A stretch of DNA of 64,000 nucleotides from an uncultured Cardiobacteriales bacterium (GCA_964462205.1 CAYWWW010000007.1:28149-92148), one strand, 5' to 3'. Numbered from the stretch's first letter, positions 1 to 10,410 are shown. A program made the numbers and translations. The notes: generated by a model not told the origin, from the letters alone.

Positions 1-1
1 T

Positions 2-730
2 AAAGCTATGATCGCCGAAGGTTATGCCGATGCGCGCAGCCTCGCCCGCCGCATTGCCGCCATGGAAGCCTGGTTAAATAAATCGGAACTCTTACATCCC
101 GATGCCTCGGCAAAATATGCTTTTGATTTAGAGATCAATATGGATGAAATCACCGAGCCGCTTTTGGCCTGTCCCAATGACCCCGACGACATCCGACCCT
201 TATCCGAAGTTGCTGGTCGGTCAATTGACGAAGTCTTTATCGGTTCTTGTATGACCAATATCGGCCACTATCGGGCAGCGGCGAAAGTGCTGGCGCAAGG
301 CCAAGGCGCGGTGCCGACGCGCTTGTGGGTCGCACCGCCGACACGCATGGATGAAGCCCAGCTTAAAGAAGAAGGTTTTTATAGCACCTTTGGCCAGGCC
401 GGGGCGCGGATGGAATTGCCCGGCTGTTCGCTCTGCATGGGCAATCAGGCGCGGGTGGCCGATGGCGCAACCGTTGTTTCGACCTCGACGCGGAATTTTC
501 CCAACCGTTTAGGTAAGGATGCCGATGTCTATTTGGCTTCGGCGGAAGTGGCGGCAGTAGCGGCACGTTTGGGACGGATTCCCACGCTGGCTGAATATCA
601 CACCTTGATGCAAAGCATTGATGCACAAGCAGATGACATCTATCGCTACTTGAATTTTCATGAATTACTGCGCTACCAACGTCTCGCTGTAACCGGTCAG
701 GCGAAAGTGCTGGAAATCAAAGTCGCCTAA
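2..730 (+). CDS. acnB: Aconitate hydratase B, C-terminal part (gene begins before the window)
   Basis: [27 protein letters not shown] and [12 protein letters not shown] motifs; frame open to the window edge. Confidence 0.97.
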   Translation, partial: KAMIAEGYADARSLARRIAAMEAWLNKSELLHPDASAKYAFDLEINMDEITEPLLACPNDPDDIRPLSEVAGRSIDEVFIGSCMTNIGHYRAAAKVLAQGQGAVPTRLWVAPPTRMDEAQLKEEGFYSTFGQAGARMELPGCSLCMGNQARVADGATVVSTSTRNFPNRLGKDADVYLASAEVAAVAARLGRIPTLAEYHTLMQSIDAQADDIYRYLNFHELLRYQRLAVTGQAKVLEIKVA

Positions 731-745
731 GGGTTGCCTGTTTTT

Positions 746-778
746 CCCTCCCCTGCTCAGGGGAGGGTGAGGGTAGGG
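746..778. repeat. REP-like GC-rich palindrome / stem-loop after acnB
   Basis: CCCTCCCCTG-CT-CAGGGGAGGG followed by TGAGGGTAGGG, resembling the CCCTCCCC...GGGGAGGG extragenic palindromes of Proteobacteria; single copy seen in this window. Confidence 0.5.
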
Positions 779-795
779 TTTTCCCGGCCAAAGCG

Positions 796-880
796 TGTGG
801 ACAGCGCAGTCAAGCAGTTTTTTATCCAGTAATTAAATTAAAAAAAGTTATCCACAGAGTTATCTACACAGTTATCCACA
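796..880. promoter_or_regulatory. DnaA-box cluster
   Basis: Perfect TTATCCACA at 848-856 and 872-880, TTATCTACA at 860-868 (12-bp phasing), degenerate boxes at 796-804 (reverse) and 822-830, AT-rich tract 831-846. Confidence 0.6.
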
Positions 881-991
881 GACTTATTTCTTTACGAGAG
901 AAAAGAAAAGATTAAGTGACTTTTCGCCATTGCCGAAATCAAAAACGTGTGCTAGAAACCGGGTTTTCCTAACTTTTTTGATCAGGAGCGC

Positions 992-1456
992 GTGATGAGC
1001 GAATTAAGCATTTTTGAATTTGATAAGTTACCCGTGCGGGTGGTAATGATTAACGACGAGCCGTGGTTTGTAGCGTCTGACGTGGCGAAAATTTTAGGCT
1101 ATGCTCGACCCCATGAAGCTGTTGCTGCACACTGTAAACATGCTAAGCATTTGAATTCATTAGGCGCGGTAAATCACCGCCTCTATGAAAATCAACAACT
1201 TGATCCTAAAACCTATCTAATCCCCGAATCCGACCTCTACCGGCTTATCATCAAATCCAAACTGCCCGCCGCCGAACGCTTTGAACGCTTTGTGATGGAA
1301 ACCCTCCTCCCTACTCTTCGCAAAGAAGGCCGTTATGCATTAAAACCGCAAAACTCTCTCGAAGCGAATGATTTAGTTAATAAAATAATGATTTTTATCG
1401 AAACATCGCAAGCCAATCAATTAGCGATGAAAGCAGACCTGCTCGCCATAAAATAA
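992..1456 (+). CDS. Bro-N domain protein (phage antirepressor-like), N-terminal half of a frameshift-split gene
   Basis: VRVV..DEPWFVASDVAKILGY and IPESDLYRLIIKSKLPAAERFERFV Bro-N signatures; AGGAG RBS upstream. Confidence 0.85.
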   Translation: MMSELSIFEFDKLPVRVVMINDEPWFVASDVAKILGYARPHEAVAAHCKHAKHLNSLGAVNHRLYENQQLDPKTYLIPESDLYRLIIKSKLPAAERFERFVMETLLPTLRKEGRYALKPQNSLEANDLVNKIMIFIETSQANQLAMKADLLAIK

Positions 1457-2093
1457 AGATCAACGCGAACTCAAAAAAACCTTTGATAAAAAAACCGATG
1501 CCTTATTTCAACGGCTGCAAGCGCTGCACTTACATTTAACCAATCAACATCAAGATGATAGAAAAATAGTGCAAGACAAAGTACACCAAGCCTCCCAACA
1601 AGTCATCGAAAAAACCGCTGAAAATCTCTTAACCTTAGAAAAAAACGTCAAAAGAAACGTCAAAAAAAATTTAGTACGGGTAGCTGCCTCATTAGACGAG
1701 GTTATTTATCAAGACATTATCATCAATAAACAATTGCGCACCATCTTGGCGCTCTTAAAAACACAAAGCAAAGCTGCGAAAGGCTATAGCGCTGAAAGCA
1801 AAGCCAATTTACGCGAGGCGATGCTGCTTATGCGCGAGCATCTGGATGCCAGCGACCAAACCATTGCCGAAGAATTAAACCGCGACAGCATTCCCACCTT
1901 AACCGGCCAAGGCGAGTGGACAGCGCTCAAAGTCAAGCGGTTTTTGGCAAGTGAAAAAGTTATCCACATCAGCATTGCGCGTCCGATTTCCCACGGTAGA
2001 GCACTACGCCGTTCAGATGAGTTTTTTGAGGAAAAAACTGCTATCTTGGCTCGGCAAAAATTTTTGAGGAAACGCCATGCTTCTCACTGCTGA
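1452..2093 (+). pseudogene. C-terminal half of the Bro-N gene: coiled coil plus recombinase-type DNA-binding motif
   Basis: Frame of ORF 1569..2093 is open back to 1452; IAEELNRDSIPTLTGQGEW resembles the serine-recombinase 'Recombinase' domain motif. Confidence 0.6.
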
Positions 2094-4878
2094 CATTTTG
2101 GCGCAACTGCGTCAGGGTGCGATTCTACTCACTGCCAACCAGCAACTCGCCAGCCGACTGCGTCTTTTTTATCAACAGCAACAGCAAAACCGTGCGGTGT
2201 GGCCAACGCCGTTGATTTTTCACTTAGAAGATTGGTTGCGCGAAAGTTTTTTTCGCCACCAGGAATTGCTGTCCCTGTCTCCCCCAGCGCTTGACCCGCT
2301 ACCAAAAAAACGCGGTCGGCCAAAAAAATCGGCTGGCGAACAATTGCACCTATTTCCCGAAGCAACTTTTTTCACTTTGCTAAGCGCTGCGCAAAGTCTG
2401 GCCTTATGGGAGCAAATTATTGAACAATGGAAAGAAAAGTCCCGTGCTGCCGACCCGGAACTGGCCTTGCTGCAAGTCGAAAGTACCGCCGCCGCTGCCT
2501 ATCAAAGCTATCGTTTTTGCTGTCAAGAAGAATTGACCTTTGCCGAAGTTATCCACGACCCCGAGCATCGTAATGCGCCGGATCATCTAAATTTTTTGCA
2601 ATGGTGGCAGACTTTTAGCGACAACCTGACACAAAATGCCTGGCTGGATGCCGCTTTCCTGCCAAATTTTTTACAAACTGCCGATTGGACGGCGTTGTGG
2701 CCGGAAAAAAATCAAAAAATTATTTTTTATGACTTTGATATTATTCCAAAAAATTTAGAAAAATTACAAAAATCCCTTGAAAAAGCCGGCTACCACTGCC
2801 AAGCAGGAAATAGCGCCAAAACGCCGAACAGCGAATTTTTTTATGCGCCTTGTGCCGATGCCGAAGCCGAGCTGCAACAGGCGGCACTTTGGGCGAAACA
2901 ACAACTGGCTGCTGGCAAGAAAAATATCGGCATTATCAGCCGCGACGTACCGGCGTTGCGGCCACGGCTGACAGCGTATTTGTTGGCCACTTTACAGCCC
3001 GCTGCTTTAGCGCATCTCGATGACGTAGCGCCGATTTTTCGTTTTAACATTGGCTTGCCTTTAAGCGATTTTTCTTTAGTAAACAGCGCACTCAATGCTT
3101 TTTCTTTGCTGGCATCTGGCGATAGCTTGCCGCTGCCGGCCTTTGGCGATTGGCTGCGCTCGCCGTTTTTTCCTTGGTGGTTGGAACGGGAACTGTTGGA
3201 AAACTATCGTTTTTCACTTTATCAAAACGAAAATCCTGAAATTTTATTGGAAAACCTGCCGGCGCTGGCCGCGCTCGACACCAGTAACGCCAAGGCAAGC
3301 GCCCTGGCCACGACCAGCGTGCCATTGCCAGTAGCCGCGAAAATTTTTCAAGAAAAATGGCTGATTTTTTTGCAGTTGCGCAAAACTCTGCCAAAAGAAG
3401 CCAACTGGAGTGCCTGGCTCAAATACTTACGCAATTTTTGGCAGACATTAGGTTTAGGGAAGGGACGCGCCTTGAGCAGTGGCGAATTCCAATGCCAAGC
3501 GCGATTACTTCAGGCTTTGGATGAACTGGTGGCTTTAGAAAGTATTTGGCAGGAGCCGCTGACATTGGCGGATTTTCAACAAAAATTGCAACGGCAGTTA
3601 CAAGACATTTTATTTCAACCGCAGGGACGCGCTGAGGCAGCGGTGCAGATTTTGGGGGTTTTGGAAGCCGAATCGCAACACTTTGATGCACTTTGGCTTT
3701 TAGATGCGCAAGCCCGTCACTGGCCGGCAGCAGCGCGGCCTTTGCCTTTTTTGCGTCAGGAATTGCAGCACAAGCGTCCGGAAAGCACCGCGCACGGCCA
3801 ACTGGCCAAAGCCGAGCGCTTGTTAAAGGCGCTGCTCCACGCCGCGCCTCTCGGTGTTATCAGTGTTGCCGCGCAAGGCAGCGAGGGACAACTGCAAGCG
3901 GTGAGCCAATTATTACCGTGTTTGCCGATATTGCCGGCCTTGCCAACTTGGCAGCATCCTTGGCTACAAAGTCTGGAACTGCCGATTTTTCATGAACAGA
4001 GCGCCGCCACAGCAGAAAAAATCACCGCCACCATTCTTGAACATCAGGCCAGTTGTCCTTTTCGCGGCTATGTGTCAGCGCAATTGCCGAAACTGCGGCC
4101 ATTCCCGGAATTGTTGCCATTTTTGTCGAGCCGTGAACGCGGCAATATCCTGCATGAAATTCTCGAAAAATTTTTTCAACAGCATCCCGATGCCGCCAAG
4201 GTTGTTTCTTATGCCTCTGCCTTGAATAACACTTTGCCGCAGTTGATTGAGCAAGTATTTGCCAAAGCACAGAAAAAACGTCCACAAGCGCTGGCCGAGC
4301 CGTATTTTTCGGTGGAAAAAACCCTGGCGCAGCGCTTGCTTACGGCTTTTTTACAAGCCGAAATTCCCAAGCAAGATCAATTAACAAATCTCGAAGTAAA
4401 ACTCCGCGAGCATCCCAATGCCGTGACTATTGAACAGCTTACCGTCCATACCCGCTTGGATCGCCTCGATGTTTTTCTCACCGCAGCGCAACGCCCGGCC
4501 TATGTACTGTGGGATTATAAAACCGGCAGTCAGGTGACTTTGCAAAAAGATTTGAAAACCCAAGATAAAGACGGCTCGCCGCTGCGTCTGAAAAAACCGC
4601 AGTTGCCACTTTATGCTTTGAATAGCGGCAAAACGCCGGTGTTGTATGTCGGCTATATTCATCTGCATCCCAATGTTTTGCATCAGGAAAAAGTAAAATT
4701 TTATGATCTCGAAGAAGTGACTGCGGAAAAAAGCCACGCCTGGCAGGCGGCAATCAATACTTTTGTACAAGAAATTCAAAGCGGTGTCGCTATCATTCAG
4801 CCGCAAAAAGAAGCCTGTACCTATTGCGAATACAGCGCCTTATGCCGTCATCCCGATTTGGAGAAAAGTTCATGGTAA
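2077..4878 (+). CDS. addB: AddB-like PD-(D/E)XK nuclease subunit
   Basis: RLDRLD..LWDYKTG..PQLPLY nuclease motifs; Fe-S cysteines (SCPF ... CTYCEYSALC); coupled to the UvrD-like gene downstream. Confidence 0.85.
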   Translation: MLLTADILAQLRQGAILLTANQQLASRLRLFYQQQQQNRAVWPTPLIFHLEDWLRESFFRHQELLSLSPPALDPLPKKRGRPKKSAGEQLHLFPEATFFTLLSAAQSLALWEQIIEQWKEKSRAADPELALLQVESTAAAAYQSYRFCCQEELTFAEVIHDPEHRNAPDHLNFLQWWQTFSDNLTQNAWLDAAFLPNFLQTADWTALWPEKNQKIIFYDFDIIPKNLEKLQKSLEKAGYHCQAGNSAKTPNSEFFYAPCADAEAELQQAALWAKQQLAAGKKNIGIISRDVPALRPRLTAYLLATLQPAALAHLDDVAPIFRFNIGLPLSDFSLVNSALNAFSLLASGDSLPLPAFGDWLRSPFFPWWLERELLENYRFSLYQNENPEILLENLPALAALDTSNAKASALATTSVPLPVAAKIFQEKWLIFLQLRKTLPKEANWSAWLKYLRNFWQTLGLGKGRALSSGEFQCQARLLQALDELVALESIWQEPLTLADFQQKLQRQLQDILFQPQGRAEAAVQILGVLEAESQHFDALWLLDAQARHWPAAARPLPFLRQELQHKRPESTAHGQLAKAERLLKALLHAAPLGVISVAAQGSEGQLQAVSQLLPCLPILPALPTWQHPWLQSLELPIFHEQSAATAEKITATILEHQASCPFRGYVSAQLPKLRPFPELLPFLSSRERGNILHEILEKFFQQHPDAAKVVSYASALNNTLPQLIEQVFAKAQKKRPQALAEPYFSVEKTLAQRLLTAFLQAEIPKQDQLTNLEVKLREHPNAVTIEQLTVHTRLDRLDVFLTAAQRPAYVLWDYKTGSQVTLQKDLKTQDKDGSPLRLKKPQLPLYALNSGKTPVLYVGYIHLHPNVLHQEKVKFYDLEEVTAEKSHAWQAAINTFVQEIQSGVAIIQPQKEACTYCEYSALCRHPDLEKSSW

Positions 4879-7800
4879 AGCCCGAAGTTTATCCCGAAGT
4901 GTTGTTACCCGACGATCAAGCCGTTCGCGATGCGGTTTTGGATACCCAGCAGTCGTTTATCGTGCAAGCGCCGGCTGGTTCCGGCAAAACCGAACTCTTG
5001 ATGCGGCGCTTTTTGGCTTTATTGGCGCAAGTACAACGGCCAGAAGAAATTTTGGCCTTGACTTTTTCCAAAAAAGCCGCTGCCGAAATGCGCGAGCGCG
5101 TTCTTAAAGCCCTGCAAGCCGCCGCCGAAAAGCAGCCGGTGATAAAACCTCAAGACGAAGTGCCGCGGCGTTTGGCTAACGCGGCTTTGGCGCAAGATGC
5201 CAAGCAAAACTGGCAATTATTGAAAAACACCAGCCGCTTACGCATTGAAACCATGGATGCTTTTTCCGCGTCCTTGGTGCAGCAATTGCCGATTTTATCC
5301 AAAATGGGCAGCGAAACCCGCATCAACGACAAGCCCGATTATGCCGCTGTCGTTGGCCGTGCCATGCAGGCCTTTACGCAAGTGGAGCCCGAGGCAATGC
5401 GGACGATTTTGACTTTTTGGAAAAATGACCCGCAAAACTTGCAAGATACCTTGGTGAATTTATTACAAAAACGCGATCAATGGCGGCGGTTTTTGGCGCA
5501 GGCTTTAGCGCAAGCGGCCGATAGCGAAAGTTTTTGCCAAGCCTTAGCCTCTGACCGGCAAGCCTTGCGTGCGCATCTGTTGGCTGATTTTCCAAAAGAT
5601 TTGTTAAAGAATTTTATGCAAATTTTTCCATTGCCAGCAGCGGATGCGGCGAATTGGGACGCTTGGGTAAGTCATCTGCTAACGGATAAAAACGTCTGGA
5701 GAACGAATCTTGATAAGAAATATACAGAGTCTGAAAAAAAGGTTTTGAAACAAACCATTGCCGATTTGAAATCCCACGGCGTGGACAGTGCCAAGTTTGG
5801 AAAACTGCGCCATTTGCCGAGCGCAAGCCTTGCGCCGGAACTTTGCGCTTTGTTATACGCCTTGCTGCAATTATTGCACTGGGCCGATGCTGAATTGGTG
5901 GCACATTTTGCCGCCCGGGGCGAAAGCGATTTCAGCGAAGTGGCAGCGGCGGCAGTACGCGCCTTGTCCGATCCGCTGGATGCCGAAGCGCCCAGCGATA
6001 TTTTGCTGAAACTGGATCAGCGCTTGAGTCACCTGTTGGTGGATGAATTTCAAGACACGTCTTACAGCCAATATCAACTGCTGGAAAAACTCTTGTCCGG
6101 CTGGTTGCCAGACGATGGCCGGACGCTCTTTTTGGTCGGCGACCCAATGCAGTCCATTTATGGCTTTCGTGAAGCGGAAGTTTCCTTGTTTATCAAGATT
6201 TTCGAGGAAAAAACTTTTGCCAGCCGTAATTTAATAGCTTGTTCCTTAAGCGAAAATTTCCGCTCCCGCGCCCATTTGGTGCAATGGTATAACGCGGTTT
6301 TTCAACGGATTTTCCCGACGCATTCCAATCTCGATAGCGGCAGCGTGGCCTTTAGCAAAGCGACAGTGACAACGCGCCAGGATGTAGCCGAAAACAAACC
6401 CGTCACCTGGCATTTTTGTGAAAAAGACCAAGAAATGGCCGTGCTTATGGCGCTGTTGCAACAGGAATTGGCGGAGCTGAAACGCGAAAGCACCGCCAGC
6501 AACGGCCAGACAGCCAGCACAAGAAATAAAGAACCGGGAAATAAAGAACCGGCAGGAAGTGAAAGCAACGCCGGAAATAAAAAAAATGAAAAAAGCATCG
6601 CGGTGCTATTTCAAAAACGCAGTCAAATCAAACATATTTTAGCCAAGTGGCCAACGACGGCACCGACTTTTCATGGCTTGGAACTCCAAGCGCTGGCCGA
6701 ACGACCGGCGGTGCGCGATGTACAGGCGTTTTGTGCCGCTTGGTTGGAACCTACCGATATGCGCTCGGCCTTGGCGGTGTGTCATTCGCCGCTGGTGGGT
6801 TTTACTTTGGCCGATTTGCAACGGCTGCGGGAGGCGATGGATGCGCCGTTTTGTTTTATGGCAGCGCGGGCAGTCGGCTTAACACCTGAAAAAAAACAAC
6901 GCTTTGAAAATCTCTGTCAGCAATATGCCGAAGCACAGGAAAAACGGCAGCGCCAGCCGGTGGTTGCCTGGTTGGAAGCCGCCTGGCTTGCTGCCGGTGG
7001 CTTGGCGGCGCTGGCCGACGAGCAGGCGCGCAGCGAAGTGCTGCGTTTTTGGCAAGTCTTGCGCACGCGCTTTGCCCAGGCAGTGGACTTGCCATTGGCG
7101 GCCATTGCCGAGGCGCTCGAGGGACTGTATGCCGACACGCAAAGCGATAGCCTGGTGCAATTTATGACTATTCATAAAGCCAAGGGCTTGGAATTTGAGC
7201 GGGTGATTTTGTTGGGCGTAAACCAGCCGTTGAAGCACAAAAATGACCAAGAACTACTGCATTGGCAGCAATGGTTCTTGGCCGGAAAACCTTTGTTTTT
7301 ATTGACGGCGCAAAGCCCTGAGCATCCCGATTCCTTGCTTAAATTATTGAAGGAAAAAGAAAAAGATAAAAAGGCGCAGGAACACTTGCGTTTGCTGTAT
7401 GTCGCGGTGACTCGTGCGAAAAGTCGCTTGCATTTGTTGGTGGCGGCAGACACTACCGAAGCAGGAGAGAAAAAATTTCATGAAAACAGTTTTTTCCACA
7501 AGTTGTTTTTTGATCATTCAGCTTTTTCTAAAAAAAATACCAAGGAGGAAGCAAATGTACCGACACGTTTGGATGCTGCCAACTATGAAAACCAGCAGCT
7601 TTGGCCAAGCGACCCGACTGCTAATTATGCCTCTGCCTTGGAGAGCCGGCATTTGCCTTTTGATTGGCAGCCGCCGGTGTTTTCAGGGTTGCACTTGGCA
7701 GCGGACAAGACTGTACAAGAAATCAGCGCCGTGCCGGAGGAACTACTGGAGGAGGCCGACTCGCTCTTACCTCGGCAGTTGGGACGGGTGATTCACCGCT

Positions 7801-8336
7801 TTTTTTGGCGCATCGTCCAGGATGGTGTAGCGCATTGGCCGATCACGCGCTTGGCCGCCGAAGGTGCGCGGATGCGTTGGTGGCTGACCCAGGAAGGCGT
7901 ATTAAGCACGGATTTAGCTGCTGCACAACAACAAGTGCGGCAAGCGCTTGAAAATACATTAAATGATCCGGATGGTCTTTGGCTTTTAGGGCATTCGGGC
8001 GAGGCTGAGTGGGCATTAAGTTTTCGCGAATCGTCGCAGGTCAGAAATTTTATTATTGACCGCACGTTTGTGGATGAGGCTAAGCGTTTTATTGTGGATT
8101 ATAAAACCAGCAAGCCGAAAGATAATGAAAGCCTTGAGGATTTTTTTGCGCGTGAAAAACAGCATTACCAAGAACAATTAGCGCAATACGCCAAAATTCT
8201 GCGGCATCACGATGCCGCAGCCGGAAAAATATTACCGATCACGCTAGCGCTCTACTTCCCGCTTGTGGTAAAAACGCCACGGCTTTATGCCTGGGACTAT
8301 TCCTTTGATTTTATAGACGGAGAGCAGCCGTTATGA
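4872..8336 (+). CDS. addA: AddA-like UvrD helicase/nuclease
   Basis: APAGSGKT, VDEFQD, VGDPMQSIYGFR, MTIHKAKGLEF, LYVAVTRA, C-terminal IDR..IVDYKT; ATG at 4872 overlaps the addB stop. Confidence 0.9.
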   Translation: MVKPEVYPEVLLPDDQAVRDAVLDTQQSFIVQAPAGSGKTELLMRRFLALLAQVQRPEEILALTFSKKAAAEMRERVLKALQAAAEKQPVIKPQDEVPRRLANAALAQDAKQNWQLLKNTSRLRIETMDAFSASLVQQLPILSKMGSETRINDKPDYAAVVGRAMQAFTQVEPEAMRTILTFWKNDPQNLQDTLVNLLQKRDQWRRFLAQALAQAADSESFCQALASDRQALRAHLLADFPKDLLKNFMQIFPLPAADAANWDAWVSHLLTDKNVWRTNLDKKYTESEKKVLKQTIADLKSHGVDSAKFGKLRHLPSASLAPELCALLYALLQLLHWADAELVAHFAARGESDFSEVAAAAVRALSDPLDAEAPSDILLKLDQRLSHLLVDEFQDTSYSQYQLLEKLLSGWLPDDGRTLFLVGDPMQSIYGFREAEVSLFIKIFEEKTFASRNLIACSLSENFRSRAHLVQWYNAVFQRIFPTHSNLDSGSVAFSKATVTTRQDVAENKPVTWHFCEKDQEMAVLMALLQQELAELKRESTASNGQTASTRNKEPGNKEPAGSESNAGNKKNEKSIAVLFQKRSQIKHILAKWPTTAPTFHGLELQALAERPAVRDVQAFCAAWLEPTDMRSALAVCHSPLVGFTLADLQRLREAMDAPFCFMAARAVGLTPEKKQRFENLCQQYAEAQEKRQRQPVVAWLEAAWLAAGGLAALADEQARSEVLRFWQVLRTRFAQAVDLPLAAIAEALEGLYADTQSDSLVQFMTIHKAKGLEFERVILLGVNQPLKHKNDQELLHWQQWFLAGKPLFLLTAQSPEHPDSLLKLLKEKEKDKKAQEHLRLLYVAVTRAKSRLHLLVAADTTEAGEKKFHENSFFHKLFFDHSAFSKKNTKEEANVPTRLDAANYENQQLWPSDPTANYASALESRHLPFDWQPPVFSGLHLAADKTVQEISAVPEELLEEADSLLPRQLGRVIHRFFWRIVQDGVAHWPITRLAAEGARMRWWLTQEGVLSTDLAAAQQQVRQALENTLNDPDGLWLLGHSGEAEWALSFRESSQVRNFIIDRTFVDEAKRFIVDYKTSKPKDNESLEDFFAREKQHYQEQLAQYAKILRHHDAAAGKILPITLALYFPLVVKTPRLYAWDYSFDFIDGEQPL

Positions 8337-10273
8337 GTGTTATGCGTAGTTTTTCTTTGCTGTCGTTGCTGGTTTTTAGTCTTTTTTTGAGCTTTTCCCT
8401 GCTTTTTTTTGCCAAGGCCACTTTGGCCAATGAAGTGGCTGATTTGCGCTATCTCGCGGCTTTGCAAGCCTTCCAACAGGGCAATGAAGCACAATTTCAA
8501 AAGCTGTTGCGGCAGTTGCCGAATCATGCGCTGGCGCAGTATCACCTGGGTTTTTTGGATTTAGAACAAAGGCTTAATCGGGTTTCCCGTTCCGAGTTAA
8601 AAAGCTATCTTGACCGTTATCATCCCGAGACGAATCTGGCGAAAAAATTACGCGAGGATTATCTGTTGCAAGCCCGCGACCAAGGCCGTTGGGAGGATTT
8701 TTTGGCGCTGTACGCTGATACCGGCAATGTGGATTTGCAATGCAGCTTTTTACAGCGGCAAAGTTTGCGCCTGGGTTTTGCGGCGGTGAAGGCGGCGGTC
8801 AAAGATGTCTGGTTGCGCGGTTATTCCCTGCCCGCCAGTTGCGATCCGTTGTTTGCAGAACTGTATGAAGATGCAAGTTTTTCCGATGCCTTGCTTTGGG
8901 AGCGCATCCAACTGGCAGTAGCGGCCAAAAATACCGACTTGGCCAAAGCCATGGCGCGACGGCTATCGGCACAAGGTCAAGCCTGGGCGAATATCTATCT
9001 CGGCGCGACAGTCAATCCTGAAATGGTGCTACGGGTGCGTCGGGATGCACAAAATCCGTATTTTCAAGAAAGTATGCGCTTGGCGATGCTGACTTTGGCC
9101 AAAAAAGACCCGGCGGAAGCGCAGCGCCTGTGGCCGACGGTGAATCGGCAGGTCAACTTTTCTACCGAGGAAAAAAAGCAGATTTTACAAGAAATTGCCT
9201 TTCAAGCGGCGCGTAAAGATTTACCCGACGCGGAACGCTGGCTGCGTGATTTACCGCCAGGTGCCATGGATAAAACCACCATGGAAGCCTATTTACGCCT
9301 GCTTTTGGCGAAAAATGACTGGCAAGCCTTGGCGACGATGTTGAAAAAACTCAATCACGATCAGCAGGTGCAAGCGCAATGGGCCTATTGGCAGGGACGG
9401 GCTTTAGAGCGTTTGGGGCGGCAGCGCGAAGCCGAGGCCGCCTATCGTCTGGCCGCGCAGGAGCGCAGTTACTACGGCTTTTTGGCGGCGGATAAAGTAA
9501 ACCTGCCCTATCAATTTAACGATCAACCGATTTCTAAAGATAACAAGAAATTGGATGATTTTTTGCAAGCACATCCCGAAGTCGCTTTGGCCTTGCATTT
9601 ATTCCGTTTGGGACAAACTACCTTGGCGCGGCAGGAGTGGAATGCCTTGGAACGGCGTTTTTCCGAAGACGATTATTTAATTTTAGCGGCTTTGGCGCAT
9701 CGCCAAGGTTTTCATGATCGCGCCATTGCCATGGTGGCCAAAGTGCGCGCTTTCAATGATCTTAATTTGCGCTTTCCTTTGGCTTATCAGGACGAAATCA
9801 CACGTTTTAGTTTCAAACATGGCATCAATCCGGCCTGGGCTTTTGGCATCATGCGGCAGGAAAGTATCTATGTGACCGATATTCGTTCCTCAGCGGGTGC
9901 GACCGGCTTGATGCAGTTGATGCCGGCAACGGCACGCGCGATGGCGCGCAAAGTGGGACGCGGCAGCAGTTTTGCCATCACCGACCCGGAAACCAATATT
10001 GACCTCGGCACCGCCTATCTTTCCGAAATGCTTGAAGATTTTGACGGCAACTATGTGCTGGCGACGGCGGCCTACAATGCCGGTCCGGGACGTTCGCGTG
10101 CTTGGCAGCATCTCGTTGAATTACCAGCAGATATTTGGATTGAGCGCATCCCGTTCCAGGAAACTCGGAAATATGTCAAACGGGTGATGGAATATATGGT
10201 GGTGTTTGATTGGCTGTTGGATGGCGAGTATCAGCGTATTTCCGAGCGCGTGAACGTGATTCCGCGCCGATAA
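8333..10273 (+). CDS. slt: Soluble lytic murein transglycosylase (Slt70 type)
   Basis: Signal peptide; RQES, GATGLMQLMP and AAYNAGPG, PFQETRKYV motifs. Confidence 0.93.
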   Translation: MSVMRSFSLLSLLVFSLFLSFSLLFFAKATLANEVADLRYLAALQAFQQGNEAQFQKLLRQLPNHALAQYHLGFLDLEQRLNRVSRSELKSYLDRYHPETNLAKKLREDYLLQARDQGRWEDFLALYADTGNVDLQCSFLQRQSLRLGFAAVKAAVKDVWLRGYSLPASCDPLFAELYEDASFSDALLWERIQLAVAAKNTDLAKAMARRLSAQGQAWANIYLGATVNPEMVLRVRRDAQNPYFQESMRLAMLTLAKKDPAEAQRLWPTVNRQVNFSTEEKKQILQEIAFQAARKDLPDAERWLRDLPPGAMDKTTMEAYLRLLLAKNDWQALATMLKKLNHDQQVQAQWAYWQGRALERLGRQREAEAAYRLAAQERSYYGFLAADKVNLPYQFNDQPISKDNKKLDDFLQAHPEVALALHLFRLGQTTLARQEWNALERRFSEDDYLILAALAHRQGFHDRAIAMVAKVRAFNDLNLRFPLAYQDEITRFSFKHGINPAWAFGIMRQESIYVTDIRSSAGATGLMQLMPATARAMARKVGRGSSFAITDPETNIDLGTAYLSEMLEDFDGNYVLATAAYNAGPGRSRAWQHLVELPADIWIERIPFQETRKYVKRVMEYMVVFDWLLDGEYQRISERVNVIPRR

Positions 10274-10323
10274 GATGGCTTGAAAAAAGCCAGTCGAGGT
10301 GTCGCGGCTCACCATTCCGGCAA

Positions 10324-10356
10324 GGCGCTGGTTAGTAAATAGTGCTGACCAGCGCC
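10324..10356. terminator. Stem-loop between convergent slt and bamD
   Basis: GGCGCTGGTTAGTA...TGCTGACCAGCGCC long inverted repeat. Confidence 0.55.
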
Positions 10357-10390
10357 GGAACTTTTGCCGGAACTTTTGCCAGAATTTTTG
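10355..10390. repeat. Three tandem copies of a 12-bp unit
   Basis: CCGGAACTTTTG, CCGGAACTTTTG, CCAGAATTTTTG. Confidence 0.85.
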
Positions 10391-10410
10391 CGCCGAGGCG
10401 GGAAATTTTT

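Noticed and set aside
992-2093. Prophage
   Set aside because: A lone Bro-N gene with no integrase, structural or lysis genes; flanked by housekeeping genes
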